From assembly GCA_026129255.1 (NCBI GenBank), contig JAHCIJ010000001.1, forward strand, positions 708,965-772,964: a stretch of DNA of 64,000 bases. Reading direction: 5' to 3'. Positions 38,769-48,248 of this stretch are shown piece after piece (positions within the stretch are counted from its first letter, which is position 1; every line of letters begins with the position of its first letter). The stretch is from Anaerolineales bacterium (GTDB taxonomy: Bacteria > Chloroflexota > Anaerolineae > Anaerolineales > UBA11579). A program made the position numbers and the translations under genes. The notes beneath the pieces were generated by a model. That model had not been told where the DNA came from. It ran no database searches and saw only the letters and a program-made list of their open reading frames with translations.

Positions 38769-40072
38769 TGAGACGACGACGCTTTGCTACCAGGCACTGT
38801 CGTTGAGCTCTCGTACTTCTTGCGTTTGGCTTTATACATTCTCATATCGGATGTGGTGAGCAGCTCCGTTGGCGAGGTTGTATCGTCTGGATACAAGCTC
38901 ACGCCTGTACTCGCCCCGATGTGTATCATCTGTTGCTCGATCGTATAAGGCTCACTGAGCACGGCTTCGATGGCATTGGCCACCTGCTGAGCGTCACTAT
39001 GGCCTACCAGATACTCCACGATCACAGCAAACTCATCACCCCCCAGCCTGGCCACCGCGTCGACGCCGCGTACTGTGGAGCCCAAGCGTTTCGCTACAGA
39101 CTTCAGCACCTCGTCTCCCGTGTGGTGGCCATGGATGTCATTCACTTTCTTGAAGCCGTCCAAGTCGATAAAGATTATGCCCATCTTACGGTTGCTGCGC
39201 TTGGCACGCTCGATGGCGCGCGGCAAGATCTCGGAGAACATGGAGCGATTGTATAAGCCGGTCAACGCGTCTTGGGTAGCACGCTCATAGAGTGCAGTTT
39301 CGGCCGCTTTGCGGCCACGGATGTCGCGGCAGATAACCTGGTAGTGCATTGGTCGTCCTTGCTGGTCTGTGATCAGCCCTGCATTCAACTCAGCCACGAC
39401 TTTGCTTCCATCTTTGTGTACAAACGTGCGCTCGTACATCAGCATCCGAGCGGCGCCGTCTGCATTGGCTTCAATACGCCGGTCAAGGTCTGCATGCTCA
39501 TCAGGGGAGACGATCTCACGGTATGACTTACCCAGCAGTTCGTCCCGGTGATAGCCCAGCAGGATCAAACCAACATCATTCACGTCCACAATTCGCAGAT
39601 CGAGATCGATAATGAAAACCATATCCCCGGTATGGTCAAACAAGCCTTTAAAGCGCGCCTCCGCCCTTCTGGATTCATTCAGTTGTTCAGCCAGACTTTT
39701 GCGCAGGTAGAAGCCGTTGGTAATGAAGTACGTTATTGTCGCAATGACTACATGAGCAATTAACAGCTCAATGATTCCACTGGTGCCCATCGTTTCCCCG
39801 AGCAGCAGAAACATCAGATAGTGAGGATTGATGAGCAGAAATGCTGCCGCACTGCCTGGGTTTGGCCCTAGCCAAAGGCCCCAAAAAATGCTGGGGATAA
39901 GCGCCAACACCAGGCTGATGGTGCCAACGTAGCGATGGGCGATGATCAACACTGGGAAGTACACAACCAACGGCAGCGCCGCGGTCACCCACTTGCGCGT
40001 CTTCCACCCCTGCTCGTCTCGGTCATTGAGCAAGGCGTCTAGATACGAGGTAACGCGCTCCCAGTTGGTCAT
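38765..40072 (-). CDS. Membrane-anchored PAS-GGDEF diguanylate cyclase
   Basis: N-terminal hydrophobic helices, then a PAS-like region (FKGLFDHTGDMVFIIDLD...). GGDEF domain with RLGGDEFAV. Spot GC is about 50-52%, against about 63% for the convergent recombinase gene. Confidence 0.85.
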   Translation of the reverse strand: MTNWERVTSYLDALLNDRDEQGWKTRKWVTAALPLVVYFPVLIIAHRYVGTISLVLALIPSIFWGLWLGPNPGSAAAFLLINPHYLMFLLLGETMGTSGIIELLIAHVVIATITYFITNGFYLRKSLAEQLNESRRAEARFKGLFDHTGDMVFIIDLDLRIVDVNDVGLILLGYHRDELLGKSYREIVSPDEHADLDRRIEANADGAARMLMYERTFVHKDGSKVVAELNAGLITDQQGRPMHYQVICRDIRGRKAAETALYERATQDALTGLYNRSMFSEILPRAIERAKRSNRKMGIIFIDLDGFKKVNDIHGHHTGDEVLKSVAKRLGSTVRGVDAVARLGGDEFAVIVEYLVGHSDAQQVANAIEAVLSEPYTIEQQMIHIGASTGVSLYPDDTTSPTELLTTSDMRMYKAKRKKYESSTTVPGSKASSSH

Positions 40073-40156
40073 TGAAAAGTTGTTTTTCCTTATTTATCGT
40101 AAAATGATTTTATCTTTTCTACAATAGGCTGATATGGCTATGCGCATTTTAATTGC

Positions 40157-41452
40157 GTGGGAGCATGCTTGATTACTACAGAGATCATTATTATCTTCGT
40201 CCTTATTCTCGTGAATGGTTACTTTGCCGCCTCCGAGTTGGCGCTGGTTACCGCTCGCAAGCACCGCTTGCAAGTGCTGCTCGACCAAGGCGAAGCCGCC
40301 GCGGCCGATGTGATCCATGTCAAGGAAAAGCCTGGTCACATTCTAGCCACTGTACAAGTCGGCATCAGCCTCATCGGTTCACTTGCCTCTGCTTACGGCG
40401 GCGCCTCAATCTCGCCCGTCCTGGCGGCCTGGTTCGCACACTTCGAATGGCTCAGGCCCTATGCCCCGCAGCTGTCCTTGTTGCTGCTTGTGCTGGCCAT
40501 CACCTACCTCACACTTATCCTGGGCGAGCTGGTTCCCAAGCAGCTCGCTTTGCGCAACCCGGAGCGCATGGCCATCCGGCTATATCGCCCGCTCAGATGG
40601 GTCGAGAAGATCGCCTCGCCACTGGTGAAGCTGCTCTCCATCTCCGCAGATGCCATCCTGCGCCTGCTGCCGCGCGACGCGCGCACGCCAAGCACAAGTG
40701 CCGAAGAGATCGAGCAGCTCCTGCAACAAGGCACGGCCGAGGGCATCTTCCTGCGCAGTGAAGAAGCCTTCGTCAGCGGTGTATTCGACTATGGCGATCG
40801 CCAGGTACATGATGTGATGACCACGCGCACAGAGATCGCCGCGCTGGATGCAGAGATCACGCCCAAAGAGGCGCTCAACCAGGCCGCCCGCTCAGGTTTC
40901 TCCCGTTTCCCGATCTATGAATCCAGCCTCGATAACGTAATTGGCTATGCGCATATCAAGGACCTGATCTGGGCTGACCAGACCACCAGCCTGCGTGACA
41001 TTGCGCGCCAGGTGATCCTGGTGCCAGAGAGCGCCACGCTGCCGGATGTCTATAAGCGCCTCACCACCGAACGTTCGCACATGGCCATCGTGCTCGATGA
41101 GCACGGCGGCACGGCGGGTCTGCTGACCCTGGAGGATGTGCTGGAAGTGATCGTGGGCGAGATCAACGACGAGTACCACATCAGCCGCGGCGATGTCAGC
41201 CCGCTGGGCAAGGGTGCCTGGCTGGTGGCAGGCGCCACCCCGGTGGACGAACTCAGCGAGGTGGTCGGGGTGGAGATCGAAGCCGATGCGGCCTACAACA
41301 CCGCCGCCGGCTTAGTGCTCTCAGAGCTTGGCCACATCCCCCATGTTGGCGAAATGGTGCACTACAAAACGCTCAGCTTCACCGTGCGCCAGATGGATAA
41401 CCTGCGCATCGATCAGCTGCTGGTTCAACGCACCAAACCAACTCAGCCATAA
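40157..41452 (+). CDS. CNNM/HlyC-CorC family transporter (DUF21-CBS pair-CorC_HlyC)
   Basis: DUF21 N-terminus (LVNGYFAASELALV), a CBS pair region, and a C-terminal CorC/HlyC transporter-associated domain. Start is GTG 40157 or TTG 40169. Confidence 0.85.
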   Translation: MGACLITTEIIIIFVLILVNGYFAASELALVTARKHRLQVLLDQGEAAAADVIHVKEKPGHILATVQVGISLIGSLASAYGGASISPVLAAWFAHFEWLRPYAPQLSLLLLVLAITYLTLILGELVPKQLALRNPERMAIRLYRPLRWVEKIASPLVKLLSISADAILRLLPRDARTPSTSAEEIEQLLQQGTAEGIFLRSEEAFVSGVFDYGDRQVHDVMTTRTEIAALDAEITPKEALNQAARSGFSRFPIYESSLDNVIGYAHIKDLIWADQTTSLRDIARQVILVPESATLPDVYKRLTTERSHMAIVLDEHGGTAGLLTLEDVLEVIVGEINDEYHISRGDVSPLGKGAWLVAGATPVDELSEVVGVEIEADAAYNTAAGLVLSELGHIPHVGEMVHYKTLSFTVRQMDNLRIDQLLVQRTKPTQP

Positions 41453-41488
41453 CGCTAGGTTTTACATTCCCACTCGCTTGTCGCTGGC

Positions 41489-41517
41489 TTGACAAGTGTT
41501 AACAATCTCTTTATAGT
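41489..41517 (+). promoter_or_regulatory. Near-consensus sigma-70 promoter for the LacI-family regulator
   Basis: TTGACA (41489-41494), a 17-nt spacer containing the palindrome TGTTAACA, then TATAGT (41512-41517). Confidence 0.5.
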
Positions 41518-41564
41518 TTACTAACACGCGTAACTAACACGCTTTAGCCCTTGACTAATAGCCC

Positions 41565-42596
41565 TTGACTAATAACAGAGTTACTAGCCTCGACGTTGCT
41601 CAAGCTGCGGGCGTTTCCCGGGCTACTGTTTCTGTTGTCCTTAATAATCTGCCTGGGATTGCGATCAGCGAAGCAACCCGCCAGCGCGTGCGAGACGTCG
41701 CCAAGCAGCTCAATTATTCACCCAACTCTGCCGGCCGCAAGCTGGCCAGCGGCAAATCCAACACCATCGGTTTGGTGCTGCGCCAGTCACCTGAGCAAGT
41801 ATATGCAGACGCTTTTCTGACCCGGGTTATGTTCGGCATAGAGCAAGCCGCCATGAAGCACGGCTACCATGTCCTACTCAAGCAAGTTGATCCCGCAGAT
41901 CCAAGCGGCTATCGCCATCTGGTCAGCGAGAACCATGTCGACGGAATCATCCTTTCTGGTCCGCGCCAGGACGACCCAGAGCTTCTTCGCCTGGTAGACG
42001 AAGGCGTGCACATCATGCTGCTGGGCCAGATACCGGACAGCCCGATCCCCTTCGTGGATATTGATGCCACCCGCAGCGCCGAGCAAGCGGTGCGCCATCT
42101 GGTGCAGTTGGGCCACAAACGCATCGCCATGATCACTAACGCCAACCTGAGCTACACCTCCGCCCGGCAGCGCCTGCTCGGCTACCAGAACACGCTCGAA
42201 CAAGCTGGCCTCCAACTGGATGAGGCTTACATCAAAGAAGGCAACTACACACCGGGCAGTGGCCTGGCCGCCATGAACGAATTGCTCGCCCTGCCCGCCC
42301 CACCGACCGCCGTATTCGTCGCCAGCGATGTGGTGGCACTGGGCGCTATGCTGGCGGTCAAAAATGCCGGATTGTGCATCCCGCAAGATGTGGCTTTCGT
42401 GGGCTTTGATGACATTGCCCTGGCCGAGTTTTACGACCCTCCACTCACCACAATACGCCTGCCCGGCTACATGCTGGGGCAAATGGCCTGTGAACGTTTA
42501 CTGCGCTTGCTCAAATGGGGCAAGCTGGACACACCCGGCTACCTGTTCGAAACCGATCTTGTTGTCCGTTCTTCAAGCATGGCGATGCCGGCCTGA
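41565..42596 (+). CDS. LacI family transcriptional regulator
   Basis: HTH motif SLDVAQAAGVSRATVSVVLNN and a periplasmic-binding-protein-like sugar-binding core. The TTG start comes from the ORF track, so the exact start is uncertain. Confidence 0.88.
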   Translation: MTNNRVTSLDVAQAAGVSRATVSVVLNNLPGIAISEATRQRVRDVAKQLNYSPNSAGRKLASGKSNTIGLVLRQSPEQVYADAFLTRVMFGIEQAAMKHGYHVLLKQVDPADPSGYRHLVSENHVDGIILSGPRQDDPELLRLVDEGVHIMLLGQIPDSPIPFVDIDATRSAEQAVRHLVQLGHKRIAMITNANLSYTSARQRLLGYQNTLEQAGLQLDEAYIKEGNYTPGSGLAAMNELLALPAPPTAVFVASDVVALGAMLAVKNAGLCIPQDVAFVGFDDIALAEFYDPPLTTIRLPGYMLGQMACERLLRLLKWGKLDTPGYLFETDLVVRSSSMAMPA

Positions 42597-42720
42597 TCTC
42601 ACTATTCAAGAATGACTTCGCAAAAGGAGGTACTGTCGAAAAAAAAACACCCACATTTGAAGATGCGCCAACTATGACGCGTGTTCATTAACTAACTATC
42701 CGGTAAGGAGAAGTAAGTTT

Positions 42721-44058
42721 ATGTCTAAGCTCTTCAAGTATCTTCTAGCACTCACCGTGCTATCCATGCTGCTGGCCGCCTGTGGCGGTGCAGCCGCTCC
42801 CGCCACACAGGCACCCGCCGCCACCAGTGCACCGTCCACCGGTGACACAGATGCTCCCTCCGTTGATGAACCTGACCAGTGCTTCGGCGCCCAGACCGGT
42901 GACGAGGTAACCATCCTCTACCAGTGGTCTGGCGCTGAAGAAGAAGCCTTCCACGCAGCCATTGCTCCCGTGGTTCAAGGCTGTGGGCTTGTCATCGTGC
43001 CTGAGTCTTCGCGTGACCAGGCCCTGTTGGAGACCCGCATTGAATCCGGTGACGCCTGGGACCTGGTGTTCTGGCCCACCGTTGGCCCGATCGGCTCCTA
43101 CAGCGACAGCCTGATCGCGCTGGACAGCATCGGTGGCGACGCCTCCAACTACGCTCCGGCTTGGATGGCCACTTCGGGTGGCAGCTGGCTGGGTGTGGCT
43201 GTGAAGGCGGATCCCAAGTCCATCGTGTGGTACAGCCCGGTGAACTTTGATGCCAATGGCTACAGCGTTCCCACCACGTGGAACGACTTTGTCGCCCTGG
43301 CGGACCAGATGGTGGCGGATGGCAACGTGCCGTTCTCCATGGGCTTTGAAAGCGGTGACGCCACCGGCTGGACGGCTTCTGACTTCATCCAGGACATCCT
43401 GCTGGCCACGCAAGGCAGCGCCTACGTCAATGGCATCCTGGATGGCAGCATTGCCTACAATGACGCCGGCGTAGCCGCCGCGTACGAGATCTACAGCGGT
43501 TGGGCCTCTGACCCGGCTTACGCCGTAGGTGGCGCCGAAGGCTCGCTGAGCACCGGCTTCCTGGACGCCATCATCAAGCCCTTCGGCGACCCGCCCGAGG
43601 CCATGATGGTTAAGCAGTCCGGCTTTGCTGGCGGCGTGGTGGCCGACCAGTACCCTGAGCTCGAGTTCGGTACTGACTTCAGCTTCTTCCACTTCCCCGG
43701 CGCCGATGGCGTTCAGGGTGGTGCAGACTGGATGATGGCCTTCAACGACAGCCCAGGTGTGCGCGCCATCGTCGCTTACCTGACCAGCTCGGCTGGTGGC
43801 GCCCATTGGGCCTCCAGCGGCTTTGGCCTGTCGCCCAACAACGGTTCGGCTGGCAACTACGCTGACCCGATCAACGCTGCACTGGCCGATGTACTGGCTG
43901 GCGCCAGCGCAGCCACGCCTGACATTGGTGACTCCATTCAGCCCAGCTTCGGCTCGGCCGAGTGGCGCGCCATTGTGGACGTGGTGAGCGGCGCATCCAG
44001 CATTGATGCGGCGCTGGCCGGGGCGGCTGCTGCCCAGGCCTCTGACCAAGGCAACTAA
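42721..44058 (+). CDS. Sugar ABC transporter substrate-binding lipoprotein (family 1 SBP)
   Basis: Lipoprotein signal LSMLLAACGG, an Ala/Pro/Thr linker, and an SBP_bac_1-like body. The RBS AAGGAG lies 8 nt upstream. Confidence 0.85.
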   Translation: MSKLFKYLLALTVLSMLLAACGGAAAPATQAPAATSAPSTGDTDAPSVDEPDQCFGAQTGDEVTILYQWSGAEEEAFHAAIAPVVQGCGLVIVPESSRDQALLETRIESGDAWDLVFWPTVGPIGSYSDSLIALDSIGGDASNYAPAWMATSGGSWLGVAVKADPKSIVWYSPVNFDANGYSVPTTWNDFVALADQMVADGNVPFSMGFESGDATGWTASDFIQDILLATQGSAYVNGILDGSIAYNDAGVAAAYEIYSGWASDPAYAVGGAEGSLSTGFLDAIIKPFGDPPEAMMVKQSGFAGGVVADQYPELEFGTDFSFFHFPGADGVQGGADWMMAFNDSPGVRAIVAYLTSSAGGAHWASSGFGLSPNNGSAGNYADPINAALADVLAGASAATPDIGDSIQPSFGSAEWRAIVDVVSGASSIDAALAGAAAAQASDQGN

Positions 44059-44069
44059 GCGCAACGCAA

Positions 44070-44106
44070 CCAAGAGCCCCAGGAGTAATACTCCTGGGGC
44101 TCTTGG
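44070..44106 (+). promoter_or_regulatory. Intercistronic stem-loop after the SBP gene (no T tract)
   Basis: CCAAGAGCCCCAGGAG-taata-CTCCTGGGGCTCTTGG, a 16-bp perfect stem. This is the position typical of mRNA-stabilising or attenuating hairpins that raise SBP:permease ratios. Confidence 0.6.
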
Positions 44107-44132
44107 CACCACTGTGAGAGGAGAGGACTCTT

Positions 44133-45092
44133 GTGAGCGAGCGCGTACCCAACATCATGCGGCAAGGCCGCGTGGCGCCATGGCTCTACCTGGCGCCAGC
44201 CCTCATCATCATTTTCGTCTACATCGTTTATCCTGCCTTCAACACGTTCTACCTAAGCCTGCTGGACCGAAACTCCCTCAACTGGGCTTCCACTTTATGC
44301 GTGGAAGGCCGCCCCTGTTGGGGCATCTTTGAGAATTATCGCTACGCCCTCACCAGCGAGATCGACAGCACCACGGCCGCCACAGCCTGGCGCACTTTCT
44401 GGATCTCCTCCTTCGGCAACAATCTGAAATGGATCCTGGGCCTGGTCACTGGCGCGGTCAGCCTCGGCCTGCTGATGGCGGTACTGGCCGACAAAGTGAA
44501 GTACGAGTCGCTCGCCAAGTCGATCATCTTCCTGCCCATGGCGATCTCGTTCGTAGGCGCTGGCGTGATCTGGAAGTTTGTCTATCACTTTGGCACAGAC
44601 AACACCCAGATCGGCTTGCTCAACGCCATCGTGCGTTGGCTGGGCGGCGAGCCAATTTCATTCATGACGCGCATCCCGCTCAACACTTTCATGCTCATTA
44701 TCGTGGGCATCTGGATGTGGGCCGGCTTCTGCATGGTCATCCTCTCCGCCGCCATCAAGAGCGTGCCCTCGGAGCTGCTTGAGGCGGCGCGCATGGATGG
44801 CGCTACCGAGTGGACCGCTTTCCGCAAGATCACCATCCCTGTCATTCTGCCCACCTTGGTGGTGGTGATCACGACGATGGTCATCAACACGCTGAAGATC
44901 TTTGACATCGTCTTCGTGATGACCGGCGGCAACTACAGCACGGATGTGATCGCCAACCGCATGTATGCAGAGATGTACGTGAACCAGCAGACCGGCCGCG
45001 GCACGGCCGTGGCGATGGTGTTGGTGCTGGCCATCATCCCCTTTATGATCATCAACATCAAACGCTTCCGCGAACAGGAGGCTATGCGCTAG
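44133..45092 (+). CDS. Sugar ABC transporter permease (MalF/UgpA-like)
   Basis: Polytopic protein with the EAA loop EAARMDGATEWTAFRKITIPV. GTG start. Confidence 0.88.
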   Translation: MSERVPNIMRQGRVAPWLYLAPALIIIFVYIVYPAFNTFYLSLLDRNSLNWASTLCVEGRPCWGIFENYRYALTSEIDSTTAATAWRTFWISSFGNNLKWILGLVTGAVSLGLLMAVLADKVKYESLAKSIIFLPMAISFVGAGVIWKFVYHFGTDNTQIGLLNAIVRWLGGEPISFMTRIPLNTFMLIIVGIWMWAGFCMVILSAAIKSVPSELLEAARMDGATEWTAFRKITIPVILPTLVVVITTMVINTLKIFDIVFVMTGGNYSTDVIANRMYAEMYVNQQTGRGTAVAMVLVLAIIPFMIINIKRFREQEAMR

Positions 45093-45107
45093 CGCATAGA
45101 TAACACG

Positions 45108-46295
45108 ATGAGCGAACGCATGAAACGCTTCCTGTCCAGCCTGCCGCTGCACCTCATTGTCATTGCCATGGTGGTGATGTGGCTGCTGCCCACGCTAGGT
45201 TTGCTGGTCACCTCGTTCCGCCCCGTGCAAGACGCCAATACCAGCGGCTGGTGGACCGCTTTCTCGCCGCCCAAAGCCGGTGTGGAGTACACCGAGTTCT
45301 GCGCGGGCTGCCACGGCCCCGAAGGCGATGCCATCGCCGCCGCCGACTTTAGCAACCCTGACTATGTAGCCCTGTTCCGCCGCTCGGTGCAGCTGGCCGC
45401 CACCTTCAACGACACGCTGCCGGATGGCAGCATCCACGTACCCGAAGACCAGCGGCCGGATGCGCAGCAGCTGGCCGACATCCTCACCGAGCTGCGCGGC
45501 TTTGCCGGCGTGGAAGAGCGGCCGCGCTTTACCATCAACAACTATGTCGACGCACTGGTCGGCTACCGCGGCCGCACCAGCTACGAGCAAGACTGCGCAG
45601 CGGGTACCCAGTCCAATGACCTAACCTGTGACTTTGTGACCGATCTAGGCAACAGCCGTGGCATGGCGCGCGCCTTCATCAACACGCTCATCGTCACTGT
45701 CCCGGCCACCATTCTGCCGCTCATTTTTGCTGCGTTGGCCGCCTACGCCTTCTCGTGGCTGCACTTCCCCGGGCGCATGTGGCTGTTTGCGCTGCTGGTG
45801 GGTCTGCAGATCGTGCCGCTGCAAATGACCCTGGTGCCCATCTCCAAGCTGTATCAGCAGATCGGCCTGGGCAGCAGCTTCCTGGGTGTGTGGCTGTTCC
45901 ACACCGGCTTTGGCTTGCCGTATGCCATCTTCCTGATGCGCAACTTCATCGGCTCGCTGCCGCGTGACCTGTTCGAGTCGGCCTATCTGGACGGCGCAAG
46001 CCACTGGACCGCCTTCACGCGCCTGGCGCTGCCGCTCTCCATGCCCGCCCTCGCTTCGCTGGCCATCTTCCAGTTCCTCTGGGTCTGGAATGATCTGCTG
46101 GTGGCGCTGGTGTTCCTCTCCGGCCGCCAGCCGGTACTCACCTACCAGATCAACGGTATGGTGCAATCGTTGGGCGGCGGTTGGCATCTGCTGACGGCAT
46201 CCGCCTTCCTCTCGATGCTACTGCCGATGATCGTGTTCTTCGCCTTCCAGCGTTTCTTCGTACGCGGCCTGCTCTCCGGCGCGGTCAAGGGGTGA
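45108..46295 (+). CDS. Sugar ABC transporter permease (MalG/UgpE-like) with an extended first periplasmic loop carrying a CxxCH motif
   Basis: EAA loop ESAYLDGASHWTAFTRLALPL. An insert of roughly 145 aa follows TM1 and contains EFCAGCHGPEGDAI (TGC at 45300). Confidence 0.85.
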   Translation: MSERMKRFLSSLPLHLIVIAMVVMWLLPTLGLLVTSFRPVQDANTSGWWTAFSPPKAGVEYTEFCAGCHGPEGDAIAAADFSNPDYVALFRRSVQLAATFNDTLPDGSIHVPEDQRPDAQQLADILTELRGFAGVEERPRFTINNYVDALVGYRGRTSYEQDCAAGTQSNDLTCDFVTDLGNSRGMARAFINTLIVTVPATILPLIFAALAAYAFSWLHFPGRMWLFALLVGLQIVPLQMTLVPISKLYQQIGLGSSFLGVWLFHTGFGLPYAIFLMRNFIGSLPRDLFESAYLDGASHWTAFTRLALPLSMPALASLAIFQFLWVWNDLLVALVFLSGRQPVLTYQINGMVQSLGGGWHLLTASAFLSMLLPMIVFFAFQRFFVRGLLSGAVKG

Positions 46296-46335
46296 TGCGA
46301 AGCTTCGCTTCGCGGCCAAACTTCGTTTGGCCTGA

Positions 46336-46555
46336 TAGTAGTCGATTAGTTTTATTAGTCGGCGCAAGCCCTTCGTCATTCCGAACGAGCGGCGTTAGCC
46401 GCGAGGAGGAATCCTTTAGGTCACTCCAAGCACTAGCTTGACGCTCAATGACCTAAAGGATTCCTCCCTCGTTTCACTCGGTCGGAATGACAAGGGTTCC
46501 CGACCAGCTGACCAATCGACTAGCAGACAAGCTGACTAACAGACCAACCAGCAAC
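46336..46555. repeat. Repeat-filled 299-nt gap: family D units plus an inverted pair of family C units
   Basis: Family D units occur at 46336-46370 (TAGTAGTCGATTAGT...TTAGTCGG) and 46498-46555 (GACCAGCTGACCAATCGACTAGC...). The family C inverted pair spans 46375-46492 (GTCATTCCGAACGAGC...GAGGAATCCTTTAGGTCA / TGACCTAAAGGATTCCTC...GGTCGGAATGAC). Confidence 0.8.
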
Positions 46556-46594
46556 TACTCACCGCTACCCCCAAACCCATGGAATAATCTACGC

Positions 46595-48226
46595 ATGCAA
46601 ACTCCCCTTTGGTACAAAGACGCCATCTTCTACGAACTCTACATCCGTGCCTTCAACGACAGCAATGGCGATGGCCACGGCGATCTGCGCGGCGTCATCC
46701 AAAAGTTGGATTATTTGCAAGACTTGGGCGTTAACTGCATCTGGTTGCTGCCCATGTTCCCTTCCCCACTCAAAGACGATGGCTACGATGTAGCCGACTT
46801 CTACAACATCCATCCAGACTACGGCACACTGCAGGACTTCAAAGAGCTGGTGGACGAAGCGCACAAGCGCAGCATCCGCGTCATCGCTGACCTGGTGCTC
46901 AACCACACCTCAGACCAGCATGCCTGGTTCCAGGAAGCGCGCAAGGGTAAAGACAACCCCAAGCACGACTATTACGTCTGGAGTGACACGCAAGACAAGT
47001 ACGCCGACGCCCGCATCATCTTTCTCGACACCGAAGAGTCCAACTGGAGTTGGGACGAAAAGGCTCAGCGCTACTTCTGGCACCGCTTCTATTCCTCGCA
47101 GCCCGATCTGAACTACGACAATCCCGAAGTACAGCAAGCCATGCTAGATGTAGCCAAGTTCTGGCTGGACATGGGCATCGACGGCTTTCGCTGTGACGCC
47201 ATCCCCTACCTGATCGAACGCGAGGGCACCAACTGCGAGAACCTGCCGGAGACGCACGAGTACCTCAAGAAGGTGCGCCGCTTTGTCGACGAGCATGCGC
47301 CGGAGAGCATCCTGCTGTCTGAGGCCAACCAGTGGCCGGAGGAAGTGCGCGAGTACTTTGGTGACGGTGATGGCAATGAAATGCACATGGCCTTTCACTT
47401 CCCGGTGATGCCGCGCTTGTTTATGGCGCTGCGCAAACAAGACACCGCGCCGATACGCGAGATCCTGGCGCGCACGCCGCAGATCCCGCAGCAGGCACAG
47501 TGGTGCACCTTCCTGCGCAATCACGACGAGCTGACCCTGGAGATGGTGACCGAAGAGGAACGCCAGTGGATGTGGGAGCAATATGCCCCAGAGCCGCGCA
47601 TGCGCCTCAACCTAGGCATCCGCCGCCGCCTGGCGCCCCTGCTCGACAATGACTTCAACAAGATCGTGCTGGCCAATTCGTTGCTGTTCACGCTACCCGG
47701 CTCCCCTATCGTGTACTACGGTGATGAGATCGGCATGGGGGACGACATCTGGCTCAAAGACCGAGACGGCGTACGCACCCCGATGCAATGGAGCAACGCT
47801 CAACACGCCGGTTTCAGTAGTGCCGCAGAGACTTACTCCCCCGTCATTAGCACTGCGCCATACGACCCAGCCCACGTGAACGTTGACGATCAGATGCAAG
47901 ACCTGGCCTCGCTGTACTACATGACCAAGAACATGATCGCCGTGCGCAAAACCCACCGCGCTTTCGGCTGGGGTGACTTTGAATGGGCCAACTCTTCGCA
48001 CCCCACCGAGGTGGCGGCTTACTTCCGCCGCTTTGAGGGCGAAGAGTTGCTGATCTTGAACAATCTCAGTGCTGAGCCGATCGACTTGTGGGTCGAGCTG
48101 CCGCCGCGTGATATTTTCTTTCCCCCGCCCAATTTATTCACCGGCCGCGCCACTGGCGAGCTGGTGGACGGTCGCATGCACTTGCAGCTGCCCGCACATG
48201 GGTATGAGTGGTTGAAACTGGCGTAA
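46595..48226 (+). CDS. treS: GH13 trehalose synthase (maltose alpha-D-glucosyltransferase)-like enzyme
   Basis: [29 protein letters not shown]-terminus. GH13 catalytic regions [25 protein letters not shown] and [10 protein letters not shown] chose the start at ATG 46595, since the upstream ORF-track extension lies in repeats. Confidence 0.85.
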   Translation: MQTPLWYKDAIFYELYIRAFNDSNGDGHGDLRGVIQKLDYLQDLGVNCIWLLPMFPSPLKDDGYDVADFYNIHPDYGTLQDFKELVDEAHKRSIRVIADLVLNHTSDQHAWFQEARKGKDNPKHDYYVWSDTQDKYADARIIFLDTEESNWSWDEKAQRYFWHRFYSSQPDLNYDNPEVQQAMLDVAKFWLDMGIDGFRCDAIPYLIEREGTNCENLPETHEYLKKVRRFVDEHAPESILLSEANQWPEEVREYFGDGDGNEMHMAFHFPVMPRLFMALRKQDTAPIREILARTPQIPQQAQWCTFLRNHDELTLEMVTEEERQWMWEQYAPEPRMRLNLGIRRRLAPLLDNDFNKIVLANSLLFTLPGSPIVYYGDEIGMGDDIWLKDRDGVRTPMQWSNAQHAGFSSAAETYSPVISTAPYDPAHVNVDDQMQDLASLYYMTKNMIAVRKTHRAFGWGDFEWANSSHPTEVAAYFRRFEGEELLILNNLSAEPIDLWVELPPRDIFFPPPNLFTGRATGELVDGRMHLQLPAHGYEWLKLA

Positions 48227-48248
48227 AGAACAGTCAGCTAGTCACTTA

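Noticed and set aside
41523-42685. Shared 9-mer AACACGCGT (41523-41531) and its complement ACGCGTGTT (42677-42685) upstream of lacI and the SBP gene, considered as a LacI operator.
   Set aside because: A given 9-mer is expected about 0.5 times by chance in 2 x 64 kb, and the sites are not palindromic in the way LacI/GalR operators are. The evidence is too weak.
42760-44112. Long antisense ORFs opposite well-supported genes. Examples: 42760-44112(-), 28678-30054(+), 4121-5266(-), 1070-2062(-), 12136-13110(-), 49424-50398(+), 52449-53405(+), 54921-55796(+), 58098-58895(-), 62668-63495(-), 23332-24294(+), 26512-27498(+).
   Set aside because: Their translations are Arg/Ala/Gly/His-rich and low in complexity, with no motifs. 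They lie exactly antisense to genes with strong family signatures. This is the shadow-ORF artefact expected in high-GC DNA.
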